A stretch of 63,483 nucleotides of DNA, filler included, from Chrysochromulina tobinii (Eukaryota), in assembly GCA_001275005.1 (NCBI GenBank). It is 7 parts of 7 records of this genome, joined end to end, with 100 filler letters (N's around TTAATTAATTAA, not from the genome) between each part and the next. Parts side by side here need not be neighbours in the genome. Positions count along the whole stretch, not along the records: positions 37,381 to 51,832 come from JWZX01000413.1; positions 51,933 to 61,834 come from JWZX01000414.1; 5 more parts are not named here. One strand, written 5' to 3'. How positions within the stretch are numbered: position 1 is the first letter of the stretch; the number at the start of each line of letters is the position of its first letter. Below the pieces are notes generated by a model. It did not search any database and was not told the DNA's origin. It saw only the letters and a list, made by a program, of their open reading frames with translations. The position numbers and the translations under genes were made by a program. Below are positions 42,497 through 52,390 of this stretch, in pieces.

Positions 42497-45400
42497 TCAG
42501 AGCGCGGGTTCCTTGGCGATCGAGGCGGCGCGCTCGACCCAGGCATCGAGGCTGCTGCGGACCACGGCGCTGATCGCCTCCTCGACGGCCTTCGCATACG
42601 CCATCTCGTGCTGCACTGCGGGGTCGGCCAGCCGCTTCGCCTCGGCTGCCTCGGCCGCCGCGCGCGCCGCGGCGGCCTCTGCATCGGCAGCGGCCCTGGC
42701 AGCTGCCTTGGGCACAGCCTCCTCAGCCTCCTTCTTGAGCGCCTTCTTGAGGTCCTTTTTGCTCATCTTCGCCTTGGCCGCCTCCCACTCGGCAGCCTCG
42801 TGCTCCTCGCGCTCGCGCGCGAGACGCTCAGCGCGCGCCTTGGCTCCAATCTGGGCCGCGTCCCTCGCGGGCTCGTAGGTCTCGGTCTCCCAGCAGTAGC
42901 TCATCGGAACCCCGCGGCGCGTGATCGCGCTCGTCGTGGCGAGCGGCACGGTCGGCATGCCGTAGAGCAAGCGGCAGCGCGCCACCTCGTCGTTCACCTC
43001 GAAGCAGAGCGCCTGCGCCTGCGCCGCCGCCGCGTGCCGCAGCCGCAACGCGCGCGAGAGGTCAGGCGTCGTGGTAGCGGCCCTATGCAGGATCGCCTCG
43101 AGCCGTTGGAGCAGTGGAGCATCACCGAGAGCGCCCAAGCGCTCCTCGAGCTCGAGCACGTCGCCGCTCCACCACAGCTTGCCCGCACAGGCCGCTCGCG
43201 CCCTCGCTAGCAACTCCTCGAGCTCCTCGGCAATCTCCTCCACAGAGTACAGGTCTTCAGGGTAGGCGGCCAGCTGTTGGCGCACAAACTCCTCCTCTGA
43301 GACAACGGCGTCGGCGTTCGCATCGAGCCACGCGAACTGCGCGTCGCCCTGCTCGGCACCAAACACGGCGCGCAGCTCGACAGCGTCGAGCATCCGGTTG
43401 CCGTCCGTGTCGATCGCCTCGAAGATTTGGCACAACAGCGCCGCAAGTTGCGGGTCGATGCCCTCGGGCACGGTGACGGGCCGTTCTGAAGCCATCGAGG
43501 CGACGGCCGGGTCGAGGGAGAGCGAGGCGAGGTCGTCGTACGCGGCGCGCGCGATCGGCTCGGGCAGCTTCTGCGGCGTCGCGTACGACTTGTGGAACGT
43601 ACTCCACGCCGCCGCTCGGCGCGCAATGTTCTCAGCCTCGGGAGTCCCAGCGTAGGTGTTGGCGGCGGGCGGGGGCGGTGGCTTGGGCGGTGGCTTGGGC
43701 GGAAAGGGATAGTCGGACTCGGGGAGGGTGATGGCGAAGACGCCGTTGATCACGTCGCGCAGCACCACGTCCTTGCACGCCTGCCACGTCTTGCGCTCGT
43801 CCATCGTCTGCTCCAGAGTGCGCACCGCCAGCTCGCTCTCCACCACCTTGAGGCCGACGCCGCGAAGGTTGACCGGTGGGGTCGGCTCGGCGATCGGGGG
43901 CGTGAGGTGGAGGATCCAATCTTCGGTGAACATGCCCGCCTTGGACGGCTTGAACAGGAAGGGCACGCTCAGCGTCGTGTCGGGCAGGATCACTCCCGTC
44001 GCCTTGGGCACGAAGAACTGCGCAGCCGCATCGACGCTCGTTGTCGAGCCTAGGCCGGTTGAGACGGGCGCGCGGACCCACTCGTAGTACAGGGCGGTGC
44101 TGCCGTGGTTGGTCATGGTGACCGTCTTCTCGACCGGCGTGCCGACGGAACTCAAGAAGACGTGACGTGTCACGTCGATCCCGAGGCGAGGCCCCCGCCC
44201 GTCGCCCTTTCGCATCGCGATGCGCGCCTGCTTGCGCTTAGGACCGCTCGTGTTGCCGTGCTTGGCCGCAAAGGCAGCCGCGGCGCCCGAGAAGACGTCC
44301 ACCTTCTTGCCGAGCGTGATAAACTCGTCGCAGTCGATGCGCCCGTTGCCGTCGAGGTCGCCTTCGCGGAACAGTCGCAGCATCTCAGCGGCTGAGGCGA
44401 CCAGCCCCATTTTCGCAAACGCGGCGTACAGCTCCTGCTTCGAAACGGATCCCGATTCGTCAGTGTCGATCTCCTTGAAGATGCCCCACAGCGTGCGCTC
44501 GTCGCCGGTCAGGTGCGCGGGCGCTGCGCCCTCGATGTTGTACTTGTCGCGCAGCCGCGCAATCTCCGCCATGTGCGCCTCGTTGATCACGTCAAAGGAC
44601 TCTGGGTCGATGTAGTCATCGTCGCCGTCGGCTCCCTCCGGCGCAGAGGTCACATCGACCGCCCCAGTCTCAAGCTCCCCGTGCGCGTGCGCGTCCTCCT
44701 CGTCGGGACCGAGCGCCTCCGCCGCCGCCATCGCCGCTAGCCTCTCCTCGATGATCTTCGCCTCGAGGGCCGCGAGTGACAGCACCTCGCCCGGCTGGGC
44801 GGCGAGCGCCCCCGCGCGCGCGAGGGCAGCCGCATCGTCCGGCTGCTTGAACGGGCAAAAGAGCCCGTTGGCCGCGTTGCCGATGGCCTCGTAGAAGATG
44901 CCGCTCTCGCGCAGCGTGATCTGCCACGCGCGGTTCCCTCCGTACGGGTGCTGGCGCCGACGCAGTGCCTCGAGGACTTCGCGCTGCTGGATCGCTTTTC
45001 GGTACTCGGCCGTGCGCGCCATCATGAGCTTGTCGGCGGGGATGCCGGTCTCGCGCTCCAGATTGCGCATCTGCATTGCCCAGTTGCGCCGGAACTGCTC
45101 GCCGCGCGTCGCGGCCATCGTCTGGCGCTGCATCGACAGGTCGTTCTTGAGGCGCGCTGTCTCCTCAGCCGCCTCGAGCGCCTCGAGCCGTGGGTGCGCG
45201 GTCGCTCCAAAGGATGGCGCGATGGGCGCCTGCGGCGGCGCGCCTGGGATGGGGCGCGCGCTGAGCGTGGCCCGCTGCTGCTGCGCCAAGAACTCCTCCG
45301 ACGGGCCAAGCACCGAGAAGGACATGAGCATGCCCTCCCTGTCGAAGCGCGGCCCCTGCGGCGGCTGACCGATCATCGACTCGGAGCTCAGGTCGGCGGG

Positions 45401-45697
45401 GCCGTCCTCTTTGATGGTGGCGGTCGCGTTCTGCGCCTTGAGCTTGATGGCCTGCCCTGGTTTGATCCGGTGCGCGAGCAGCACCTTCTTGGTGCCGCCG
45501 TGCGACGTGCCGGTCATGCCCGCCGCCTCCTCCGGGTCTAAGATATCGGAAGCGGACGGCACCGCCTGCAGCGTGCGGCGGAGCAACACCTTCTTGGAGT
45601 CCATCATGGGCGGCGGCGAGGGCGCCGCCGGGAAGCCCTGCTGCCGCCCGATGCTAAACTGCGCCGTGACGCCGAGCTCTGCCTCGAGAGGCTCCAT
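42497..45697 (-). CDS. MYCBP-associated protein-like (MYCBPAP, ciliary) with two EF-hand pairs
   Basis: NHGSTALYYEW...GVILP...FLFKPSKAGMFTEDW, plus EF loops DTDESGSVSKQEL, DLDGNGRIDCDEF and DTDGNRMLDAVEL. The true start lies inside the longer track ORF. Confidence 0.75.
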   Translation of the reverse strand: MEPLEAELGVTAQFSIGRQQGFPAAPSPPPMMDSKKVLLRRTLQAVPSASDILDPEEAAGMTGTSHGGTKKVLLAHRIKPGQAIKLKAQNATATIKEDGPADLSSESMIGQPPQGPRFDREGMLMSFSVLGPSEEFLAQQQRATLSARPIPGAPPQAPIAPSFGATAHPRLEALEAAEETARLKNDLSMQRQTMAATRGEQFRRNWAMQMRNLERETGIPADKLMMARTAEYRKAIQQREVLEALRRRQHPYGGNRAWQITLRESGIFYEAIGNAANGLFCPFKQPDDAAALARAGALAAQPGEVLSLAALEAKIIEERLAAMAAAEALGPDEEDAHAHGELETGAVDVTSAPEGADGDDDYIDPESFDVINEAHMAEIARLRDKYNIEGAAPAHLTGDERTLWGIFKEIDTDESGSVSKQELYAAFAKMGLVASAAEMLRLFREGDLDGNGRIDCDEFITLGKKVDVFSGAAAAFAAKHGNTSGPKRKQARIAMRKGDGRGPRLGIDVTRHVFLSSVGTPVEKTVTMTNHGSTALYYEWVRAPVSTGLGSTTSVDAAAQFFVPKATGVILPDTTLSVPFLFKPSKAGMFTEDWILHLTPPIAEPTPPVNLRGVGLKVVESELAVRTLEQTMDERKTWQACKDVVLRDVINGVFAITLPESDYPFPPKPPPKPPPPPAANTYAGTPEAENIARRAAAWSTFHKSYATPQKLPEPIARAAYDDLASLSLDPAVASMASERPVTVPEGIDPQLAALLCQIFEAIDTDGNRMLDAVELRAVFGAEQGDAQFAWLDANADAVVSEEEFVRQQLAAYPEDLYSVEEIAEELEELLARARAACAGKLWWSGDVLELEERLGALGDAPLLQRLEAILHRAATTTPDLSRALRLRHAAAAQAQALCFEVNDEVARCRLLYGMPTVPLATTSAITRRGVPMSYCWETETYEPARDAAQIGAKARAERLAREREEHEAAEWEAAKAKMSKKDLKKALKKEAEEAVPKAAARAAADAEAAAARAAAEAAEAKRLADPAVQHEMAYAKAVEEAISAVVRSSLDAWVERAASIAKEPAL

Positions 45698-45862
45698 AAG
45701 TGCAACAGCCCACAACAAAGTGCACGATACGACGCGAAGTGTTCGAGTCCAGACGAGGGGTGGGAGAGGGAAGGGCCGATACCTAGTTCTTTGCCAAGGC
45801 TCTGTTTCCTGATTGGGTCGGAGTTCTCTTCGGCACGTGTCGCGAAGTCTCCGGAACACGCA

Positions 45863-47206
45863 ATGCGACGATTGCTGCGCGCCACGCCGACCGCGCTGCC
45901 GCGCGCGCTGCTCGGCCAGCAGTCCTCGAGCGTGGCCTCGTCGCCGCTCACGACAGCCGCGCGCCTTCTCGCCACGTCCGCGACGCATGCGCTTCCGACG
46001 CGCAAGCAGCACTTCAAGGAGCACCTGCACAAGCTCCGCGAGCAGGACCCTGCCCGGTGGAGCGCGCGCGCGCTCTCGCGCCACTTTGGCGTGCCGCTCG
46101 AGAACATCGAGGCCATGCTCACGCTCCAGGCCCTCGAGGCCGAGCGCAAGGAGAGCGGCGGCGCCCTCGATGCCGAGCTCCTCGAGCTCGCCGATGACGC
46201 GGAGGAGTACCTCGAGTCGGAGTTTGCGGAGAGCGCGCCCGCGGCCGAGGAGCTGGCCAAGGGTGCAGGCGCCACCTTGGGTGCGAGCGAGACTCTCTAC
46301 GATGACGACGCGCCGCCAAGCGTGACGCTCGAGCACATGAGTCTCGAGCACGAGCTGGCGCTCGTGGGCGCGGTCGTCGCTCGGTACAGCCAGGGTCGCG
46401 CGGCGCCGGGCGTGGGGCCGGCCGAGGCGCTGGGCGCCGCGCTGGGGGATGCGCTGCGCAGCCTCAGCCTTGACGAGCTGAGTGCTCTCGAGGAACAGGT
46501 ACGCCCGCCTGGCCAAGCGCAGGGCGCCGTCGTGGGCGCGGCGGGCGCGGACGAGGCGGCTCAACGCGCGGCGATCCAACGGTCGATGCTCTCGTCGCTG
46601 TGCGTCGACGTGCCCGCGCCACTCCTCGAGCCGGCCGCGGCCGGACAAGCCCCCCTGCGCCTCTCCGCCATGGCGCTGCCGCCGCTGCCGCCGCGGCGCG
46701 CTGGCGTTGCGCGGCCTCAGGCGGCTGCGCGTGGCGTAACGGTCGGAGACGGGATGGACGACGAGGCGGCGAAGGACGAGTTCTGGGTGGACAGCTCGAG
46801 GCCGAAGCCCGCTATGGCGCCAGTCCGCCGCGCGGTCTCCGACGACGTGATGGCCTCGCCGCTCCGCCGCCCGCACGGATCTCCGACCGGAGATTGGGGG
46901 CAAGCGAGCACCGTCGAGGAGATGCACAGCGTGCGTGCGCCCCTCTTCGCGGACGAGCTCCAGTCCAATATCGAGGCACGAGCGCGCCGCCTTGCGCCGG
47001 ACGCCCAGCACTGGCCGTACCGCAAGACGGGGCGCTTCCTATTCACAGAGCTCACACGCCACTCCAAGAAGGTCCCGATGGCGGCGCGCGTATGGGTGAG
47101 TGAGAAGGACGTGGGCACGCGTGAGCCGTCGGAGCGCGAGGGGCGCGCCGCCGCGGTCCGCGCGCAGCCGCCCATCCTGCAGCCGCGCATCAAGCGCAAC
47201 ATGTGA
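45863..47206 (+). CDS. Mitochondrion-targeted protein, possibly mitoribosomal mS45/Bot1-like
   Basis: Arg/Ala/Ser-rich presequence and HTH-like DPARWSARALSRHFGV...AMLTLQALE. Confidence 0.55.
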   Translation: MRRLLRATPTALPRALLGQQSSSVASSPLTTAARLLATSATHALPTRKQHFKEHLHKLREQDPARWSARALSRHFGVPLENIEAMLTLQALEAERKESGGALDAELLELADDAEEYLESEFAESAPAAEELAKGAGATLGASETLYDDDAPPSVTLEHMSLEHELALVGAVVARYSQGRAAPGVGPAEALGAALGDALRSLSLDELSALEEQVRPPGQAQGAVVGAAGADEAAQRAAIQRSMLSSLCVDVPAPLLEPAAAGQAPLRLSAMALPPLPPRRAGVARPQAAARGVTVGDGMDDEAAKDEFWVDSSRPKPAMAPVRRAVSDDVMASPLRRPHGSPTGDWGQASTVEEMHSVRAPLFADELQSNIEARARRLAPDAQHWPYRKTGRFLFTELTRHSKKVPMAARVWVSEKDVGTREPSEREGRAAAVRAQPPILQPRIKRNM

Positions 47207-47484
47207 GCTGCGCGCAGCAAATGGCAGCCAATGCCCCTCCATGTCGGAAGGCGCTGCCACACGATACTCAACACACACACGCGAGTCAGGGGGTTTGGCT
47301 CCCGGGCCTGCACCCATGGGGGACAGCTGGCAGAGCTTTGGAGCTGTTCAGTTTTGCGGGAGGACAAACGCGGCGTTAAGAAAAAACGTTCGCCACGTGA
47401 AGATGCGTGTTGCGAAACGATCGACCTAAATGGACCCGCACCTCCATCCGCTCGATCAATCGTCCATCGACGCCCCCATCGACC

Positions 47485-49719
47485 ATGACGACAGCGCAAC
47501 ATAAGGTGGCGGAAGACGCATCGCAGCGGTACCGCGAGACAGCCAAGATGGCCAACGAGAGGCTCGACAAGGTGCGGGTCACTGCGGCCGCGCTGCCGCC
47601 GGCCGCGCAGGAGGCATTGGGCTCGCTGCAATGGGTCACGTGCATGCTGCTCAACACGGCGGAGGATGCGCTCAAGGCCAAGACCGCGCTCAACAAGGCG
47701 CACGAGCAGCATGCGGCCGATCAGCTCGAGGCTGCGACTATGCAGCTCGAGCAGGCGCATCAGACTATGGAGGCGGCACTCGCCGAGCGTGACAGCGTGC
47801 AAAAGGAGATGGCGACGCTGGGCAAGCGCATCCGCAAGGACGGGCTGACGGAGCGGCAGCGGCAGGCAAAGGACGCTGCTCGCATCCAGGCGCTCACTGA
47901 GCAGACCACCCAGCTTCAGGCCAACATCCGGCTCTCGGAGTCGGCGTGGGCCGAAGAGCGACGCGCCGAGCAGGCGGCGGCCGCGCAGCGCGAGCGCAAC
48001 TTCCAGCAGGTGATCGTGAAGCTGCAGCAGGAGCTGGACGCGCTGCGCCACGGCGAAGCCACCAACCAGCAGCAGGCCGCGAGCGCGAGCGCGAGCGCCG
48101 ACGCCGCCGAGGTCGAGGGCTACGCGCTGCGTGCGCGGGTGACCGAACTGCAGGAGCAATGTGACCACGGCGTCGCGCTCATCGAACGACTCAAGACGCG
48201 GCTGCAGAAGAGCGAGAAGGAGAAGGATGTGGCCGAGAAGCGCGAGGCGGCGCTTAATTCGAAGCTCACGGGGCTCACCGAGCAGCTTCGCAACACAACG
48301 GCCGAGGCATCGGAGCTGAAGGAGTCCCTCAGGAGCGTGAAGATGAAGATGAAGGAGATGAAGGAAGCGAGGGAGGCGGAGGAGGCGAGGAAGCAGAAGG
48401 GAGGCGACCGGTACAAGGAGCGGTACGACGCGGAGGTGAAACTCCTCAAGTCCGAGCTCGATGACGCGCAGCTGAAGGCCAAGGAGGCTGAGGAGCTTGC
48501 TCATCAGGCTGATGAGCGGGCTCGCACTTCGGCAGTCGCCGCCCTCGGCGCGGCGCACAAGCTGCACGCAGCAGAGGCAGCTTGCAAGGCGGCTGTGCAG
48601 GCGGCCGAGGAGGCGAAAGCGGCGGCCGCGGCACGTGCGGCGGCGGCCGAGGCGCGCGCCCTCGAGGCCGAAGGTCAGCAGCAAGCAGCGACGGAGACGT
48701 CAAGGCGCTCGAGCGCCGGAGCGGTGGCGCTGCTGCGCGCGGCCCTGGCGGAGTCGCAGCGCAAGCTCGATGCGGTCCAGCGGCAGCTCGAGCTGACGCA
48801 ACGCGAGCTGACCGAGCTGCGTGGGCAGCCGCCCTCGGTCGCCTCCGCCCTGTCCTCCGCGGCGAATGGCTCGCGGCCGCAGACGGCGCCCCCGGCGACA
48901 TCGACGGCGCCGTCTTCGGCGCTCACCTCAGCGCTCTCGGATGCGCAACTCATGCCGCCGCCGCCGCCAAGGCCGCCGTCGGCGGCTGGCTCCGCGAACA
49001 GCAGCAGCAGCGGCGGTGGCGGATCGCTGCAGCAGGCGGCGGCGGCGGCGGCGCAAGCCCTCATGCGTGCGCCGGCTGCGGCGGCGCCGCTCGATGCGGA
49101 TGGCGTGGCCGCGGCATTCAGCCTGATCGATGCCAACGGCGACGGCGTTCTCTCGCGTGCCGAGGTGATCAAGGCGTGCCGCGCGAGCGAGAGGGTACGC
49201 ACCCTGCTCGGCCTGCCGAAGACGATCCGCCAAGAGGACGGCACACTCGACGCCTTCGAGGCGGTCTTCCAGCGACTCGATGTCGACGACTCGAAGTCCA
49301 TCACCCTCGACGAGTTTCGTCACTTTTTCGCCACGCGCCGTCCGGCGCAGCCGCCGCTGCAGCCCCTGTGCCCAGGCCAGCTACTGCTCGAGGGCGGTGC
49401 CTCGTATGGGGGTGGCGCGGCTTTGCCGACGCCGTTTGCGACGCCGAAGGTACAGTTCTCAGGCGTCACGCCGAACACCACGCTTCGATTCGGCGGCGCG
49501 AGTGCCTCCACGACTGCGGCGCCGCCGACTGCGGCGCCGCCGACGGCGGCGGCGCCGGCGGCGACGGCGGCACAGCAGACGCCCAGTAGCTTCCCAGCAG
49601 ATGGGGACGATGCGCATAGCATTCGGGGGCTCGGCCGCATGCGCGCGTCCCTTCTCGACTCCCTTCGGGCGGAGCGCTCGAAACTCGAGCGCGAGCGCGC
49701 AATGCTCGGCCGCATGTGA
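47485..49719 (+). CDS. Long coiled-coil protein with a C-terminal EF-hand pair
   Basis: Heptad-rich body, with loops DANGDGVLSRAEV and DVDDSKSITLDEF. Confidence 0.8.
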   Translation: MTTAQHKVAEDASQRYRETAKMANERLDKVRVTAAALPPAAQEALGSLQWVTCMLLNTAEDALKAKTALNKAHEQHAADQLEAATMQLEQAHQTMEAALAERDSVQKEMATLGKRIRKDGLTERQRQAKDAARIQALTEQTTQLQANIRLSESAWAEERRAEQAAAAQRERNFQQVIVKLQQELDALRHGEATNQQQAASASASADAAEVEGYALRARVTELQEQCDHGVALIERLKTRLQKSEKEKDVAEKREAALNSKLTGLTEQLRNTTAEASELKESLRSVKMKMKEMKEAREAEEARKQKGGDRYKERYDAEVKLLKSELDDAQLKAKEAEELAHQADERARTSAVAALGAAHKLHAAEAACKAAVQAAEEAKAAAAARAAAAEARALEAEGQQQAATETSRRSSAGAVALLRAALAESQRKLDAVQRQLELTQRELTELRGQPPSVASALSSAANGSRPQTAPPATSTAPSSALTSALSDAQLMPPPPPRPPSAAGSANSSSSGGGGSLQQAAAAAAQALMRAPAAAAPLDADGVAAAFSLIDANGDGVLSRAEVIKACRASERVRTLLGLPKTIRQEDGTLDAFEAVFQRLDVDDSKSITLDEFRHFFATRRPAQPPLQPLCPGQLLLEGGASYGGGAALPTPFATPKVQFSGVTPNTTLRFGGASASTTAAPPTAAPPTAAAPAATAAQQTPSSFPADGDDAHSIRGLGRMRASLLDSLRAERSKLERERAMLGRM

Positions 49720-50056
49720 CGCGGCCGAGCTCGGGCCAGGCCCGGTCTGAGATGCAAACACCAGGCGGAGAGATGCAAGTGGAGATCTGCTGAATATGGA
49801 CCAGACGGCCCCCGCAGTCGGATGTATGGCTAAGTTTATGGCATGGCTCAGAGGGTAAATTCGTGGTTGCGCGTCGTGTTGGCGTCTTCGCCGTCCACCG
49901 TGGATAACGCAAATGTATCGCAACTCGGGGACCGTCGCGCGCCGTCGCGGAAAAATGTTGAATCGCTCTCCTATGTCGGTACCGTACCGTCGCGCTCTCC
50001 TCACCCCAATTCACAGCCAATGTGACTCGATGTTCACACACGTGGACGTCCGCGCT

Positions 50057-51001
50057 ATGCTCTCATTAGTATCCCTAGCGGCGGCCATCACGCCGTTGTC
50101 AAGCCATAATTTTGGGCTATTTACTCGCATAGGCAATCCTCGGCGGTGCTCCACAATCAATGCTGTCGGGGCCGCTCCAGCAGCCGCTCCACAGGTGCTC
50201 TCCGTCTTTGATCCCAAGACTCGCACCAGGGTCGTGCTCGTCGGCACGATGCACTTCAACCCGCGCTCGATTGCGCTCGCACGCGACGTGGTGAACGCCG
50301 AGGCCGTGAACGGCAAGCTGCGTGTGGTCGCCGTCGAGTCGTGCCCGACCCGCTGGAATGCGACACTGGAGGCTCAGCCAGCGGGCTCCGCGATGCGATG
50401 GATCTGCGATAACGAGATGCAGGCGGCCGCGGAGGCGGGCCAGGCGTTCCCCGACGTGAAGATCGAGCTTGTCGACCAGACTATCGAGGAGACAGGCCGC
50501 CGCGTCGTTCAAATCGTCGCCCTCACGCTCGCCGAGCTCGTCACGTTTCGGTGGGACCGCATCGGGAGCGATCTCAGCATGGCACTGGAGCACGTCAAGG
50601 GCGAGGCTGCGCTGAAGACGCTCGCGCCAACGGCACTGCTCGACCCACGGCTCCTCCTCGGCGCGCCCCTCTCCTTTGTGCGCTATCCGCTCTCCCTTGG
50701 CCTCAAGTCGCCGCTGCTCCTCGGCATCCTTAGTCTGATTGTGCTCGCGGCCAACCAGGACTTCGGCGCAGAGGATACCGCACTGGAGCTCGCCGGGTCT
50801 CTCGCGTTCGCAGCCTTCGAGACGATCGTGCTCGGGCGCGTCCTACTCGTCGCGCTGCTCGAGGAGCGCAACTACGTCCTCGCTCGCAACATCCGCAAGG
50901 CCGCCTTTGGCGCCAAGCCCGACGGGACCATTGTAGCGGTGCTTGGGATGGCGCATTTGAACGGTGTGGCAGCACTCCTTGAGAGCAGCCGCATCGTCTG
51001 A
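50057..51001 (+). CDS. TraB/PrgY (TRABD) family protein with a signal plus transit-like leader (likely plastid)
   Basis: Motifs LVGTMH, VAVESCPTR, EERNYVLARNI and VAVLGMAHLNGV. Confidence 0.85.
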   Translation: MLSLVSLAAAITPLSSHNFGLFTRIGNPRRCSTINAVGAAPAAAPQVLSVFDPKTRTRVVLVGTMHFNPRSIALARDVVNAEAVNGKLRVVAVESCPTRWNATLEAQPAGSAMRWICDNEMQAAAEAGQAFPDVKIELVDQTIEETGRRVVQIVALTLAELVTFRWDRIGSDLSMALEHVKGEAALKTLAPTALLDPRLLLGAPLSFVRYPLSLGLKSPLLLGILSLIVLAANQDFGAEDTALELAGSLAFAAFETIVLGRVLLVALLEERNYVLARNIRKAAFGAKPDGTIVAVLGMAHLNGVAALLESSRIV

Positions 51002-51557
51002 AGAGGAGCTCTTCCTGCGTGCGGCTGTGAGAAGACGAGAGGTTCGCTCGTCAGGTCTGAAGAGGACCTCTTCCTGCGTGGGTCGTACGGGCTGTGAAGG
51101 GAGCAAAGGACCTCATCCTGCCCTCATCCTGCGTCGTAGGGCTGCGGGTCCGACTCATTCCCAAGGGAGGCGACGGCTCCATGCTGGCTCGGTGGGGGAC
51201 CGCGGCTCCCTACATGGTGCTGGTACTGCTGCCAGACTGCTCTCGCTCCGACTGCGCTGTTTAGAGGCATTCTCCATATTTCATGTGGCATTCTCCGCTC
51301 ACACAGGCTCGGAGCGACTCTGCTGTACTTTACAGTCCCTCACGTTTGTGTGACATAGTTTCGCGCATGTACTGACAGTAATTGCCGAGTTCCCAACTTG
51401 GAGCTTTGACACGACCTCGATTCATGTTTCCCACAGCAGAATTTGGGGAAGGCGATTTTTCAGCGCTGGGCTGAGCGTGGCGGCGCCAGTGGCGAAGCGT
51501 GGCGGCGCACAGCGAAGCGTGGCGGCGCACTGGTGTAGCGCTTCGTTCGTCGTCACG

Positions 51558-51832
51558 ATGTCACTGAACCTTCCCACCTCAGAGGAACTCGTCATTGAAG
51601 ATGCCGAGCTTCGCTCTATACCTGCGAAGATCGCAAAGCGATCAGCTGGCGGCCGCGCGGTGAGTGGCCGATACAACAAGCATGACACGGCGCGGCTTCG
51701 CTTCATCCGCAGCATCGCGCTGCCCGGCATCCGCTTCGGCCAGCTCGTTCCCGATGACGACATGCGAATGCTGCGTCTCGGGCCGACGAACGTGCTACAA
51801 GGCGTTGACTGCAGTGTGTGGCTGCAGCACCG
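51558..51832 (+). CDS. 5' fragment of a hypothetical protein truncated by the contig end
   Basis: Open frame from the ATG to the gap with coding-like codon use. Confidence 0.35.
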
Positions 51833-51932
51833 NNNNNNNNNNNNNNNNNNNNNNNNNNNNNNNNNNNNNNNNNNNNTTAATTAATTAANNNNNNNNNNNN
51901 NNNNNNNNNNNNNNNNNNNNNNNNNNNNNNNN
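51833..51932. other. Artificial contig-joining linker
   Basis: 44N-TTAATTAATTAA-44N. Confidence 0.97.
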
Positions 51933-51933
51933 G

Positions 51934-52239
<306 letters not shown>

Positions 52240-52390
52240 CAGTAGGTAGCGCGCATCCAGAGTCACGGTGTGTTAGGGCGTAAACCTCTCTGTGGGTTCA
52301 AACGAGAGAAGCCTACACAGAGTGCTTGCATTTTTTCCAGCTACATGTAAGCAATCAAGCAAGCAAGAAAACATGGCAAGAAGACCATCA

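Noticed and set aside
45698..47011. N-terminal ~440 aa of the 1504-aa track ORF
   Set aside because: It is antisense to the 45863-47206 gene. The real minus-strand gene probably starts at 45697 or 45607.
50057..51001. TraB as evidence of a conjugative element or bacterial contamination
   Set aside because: TraB-domain proteins are ordinary eukaryotic organellar proteins. This one has a targeting leader and host-like codon use.
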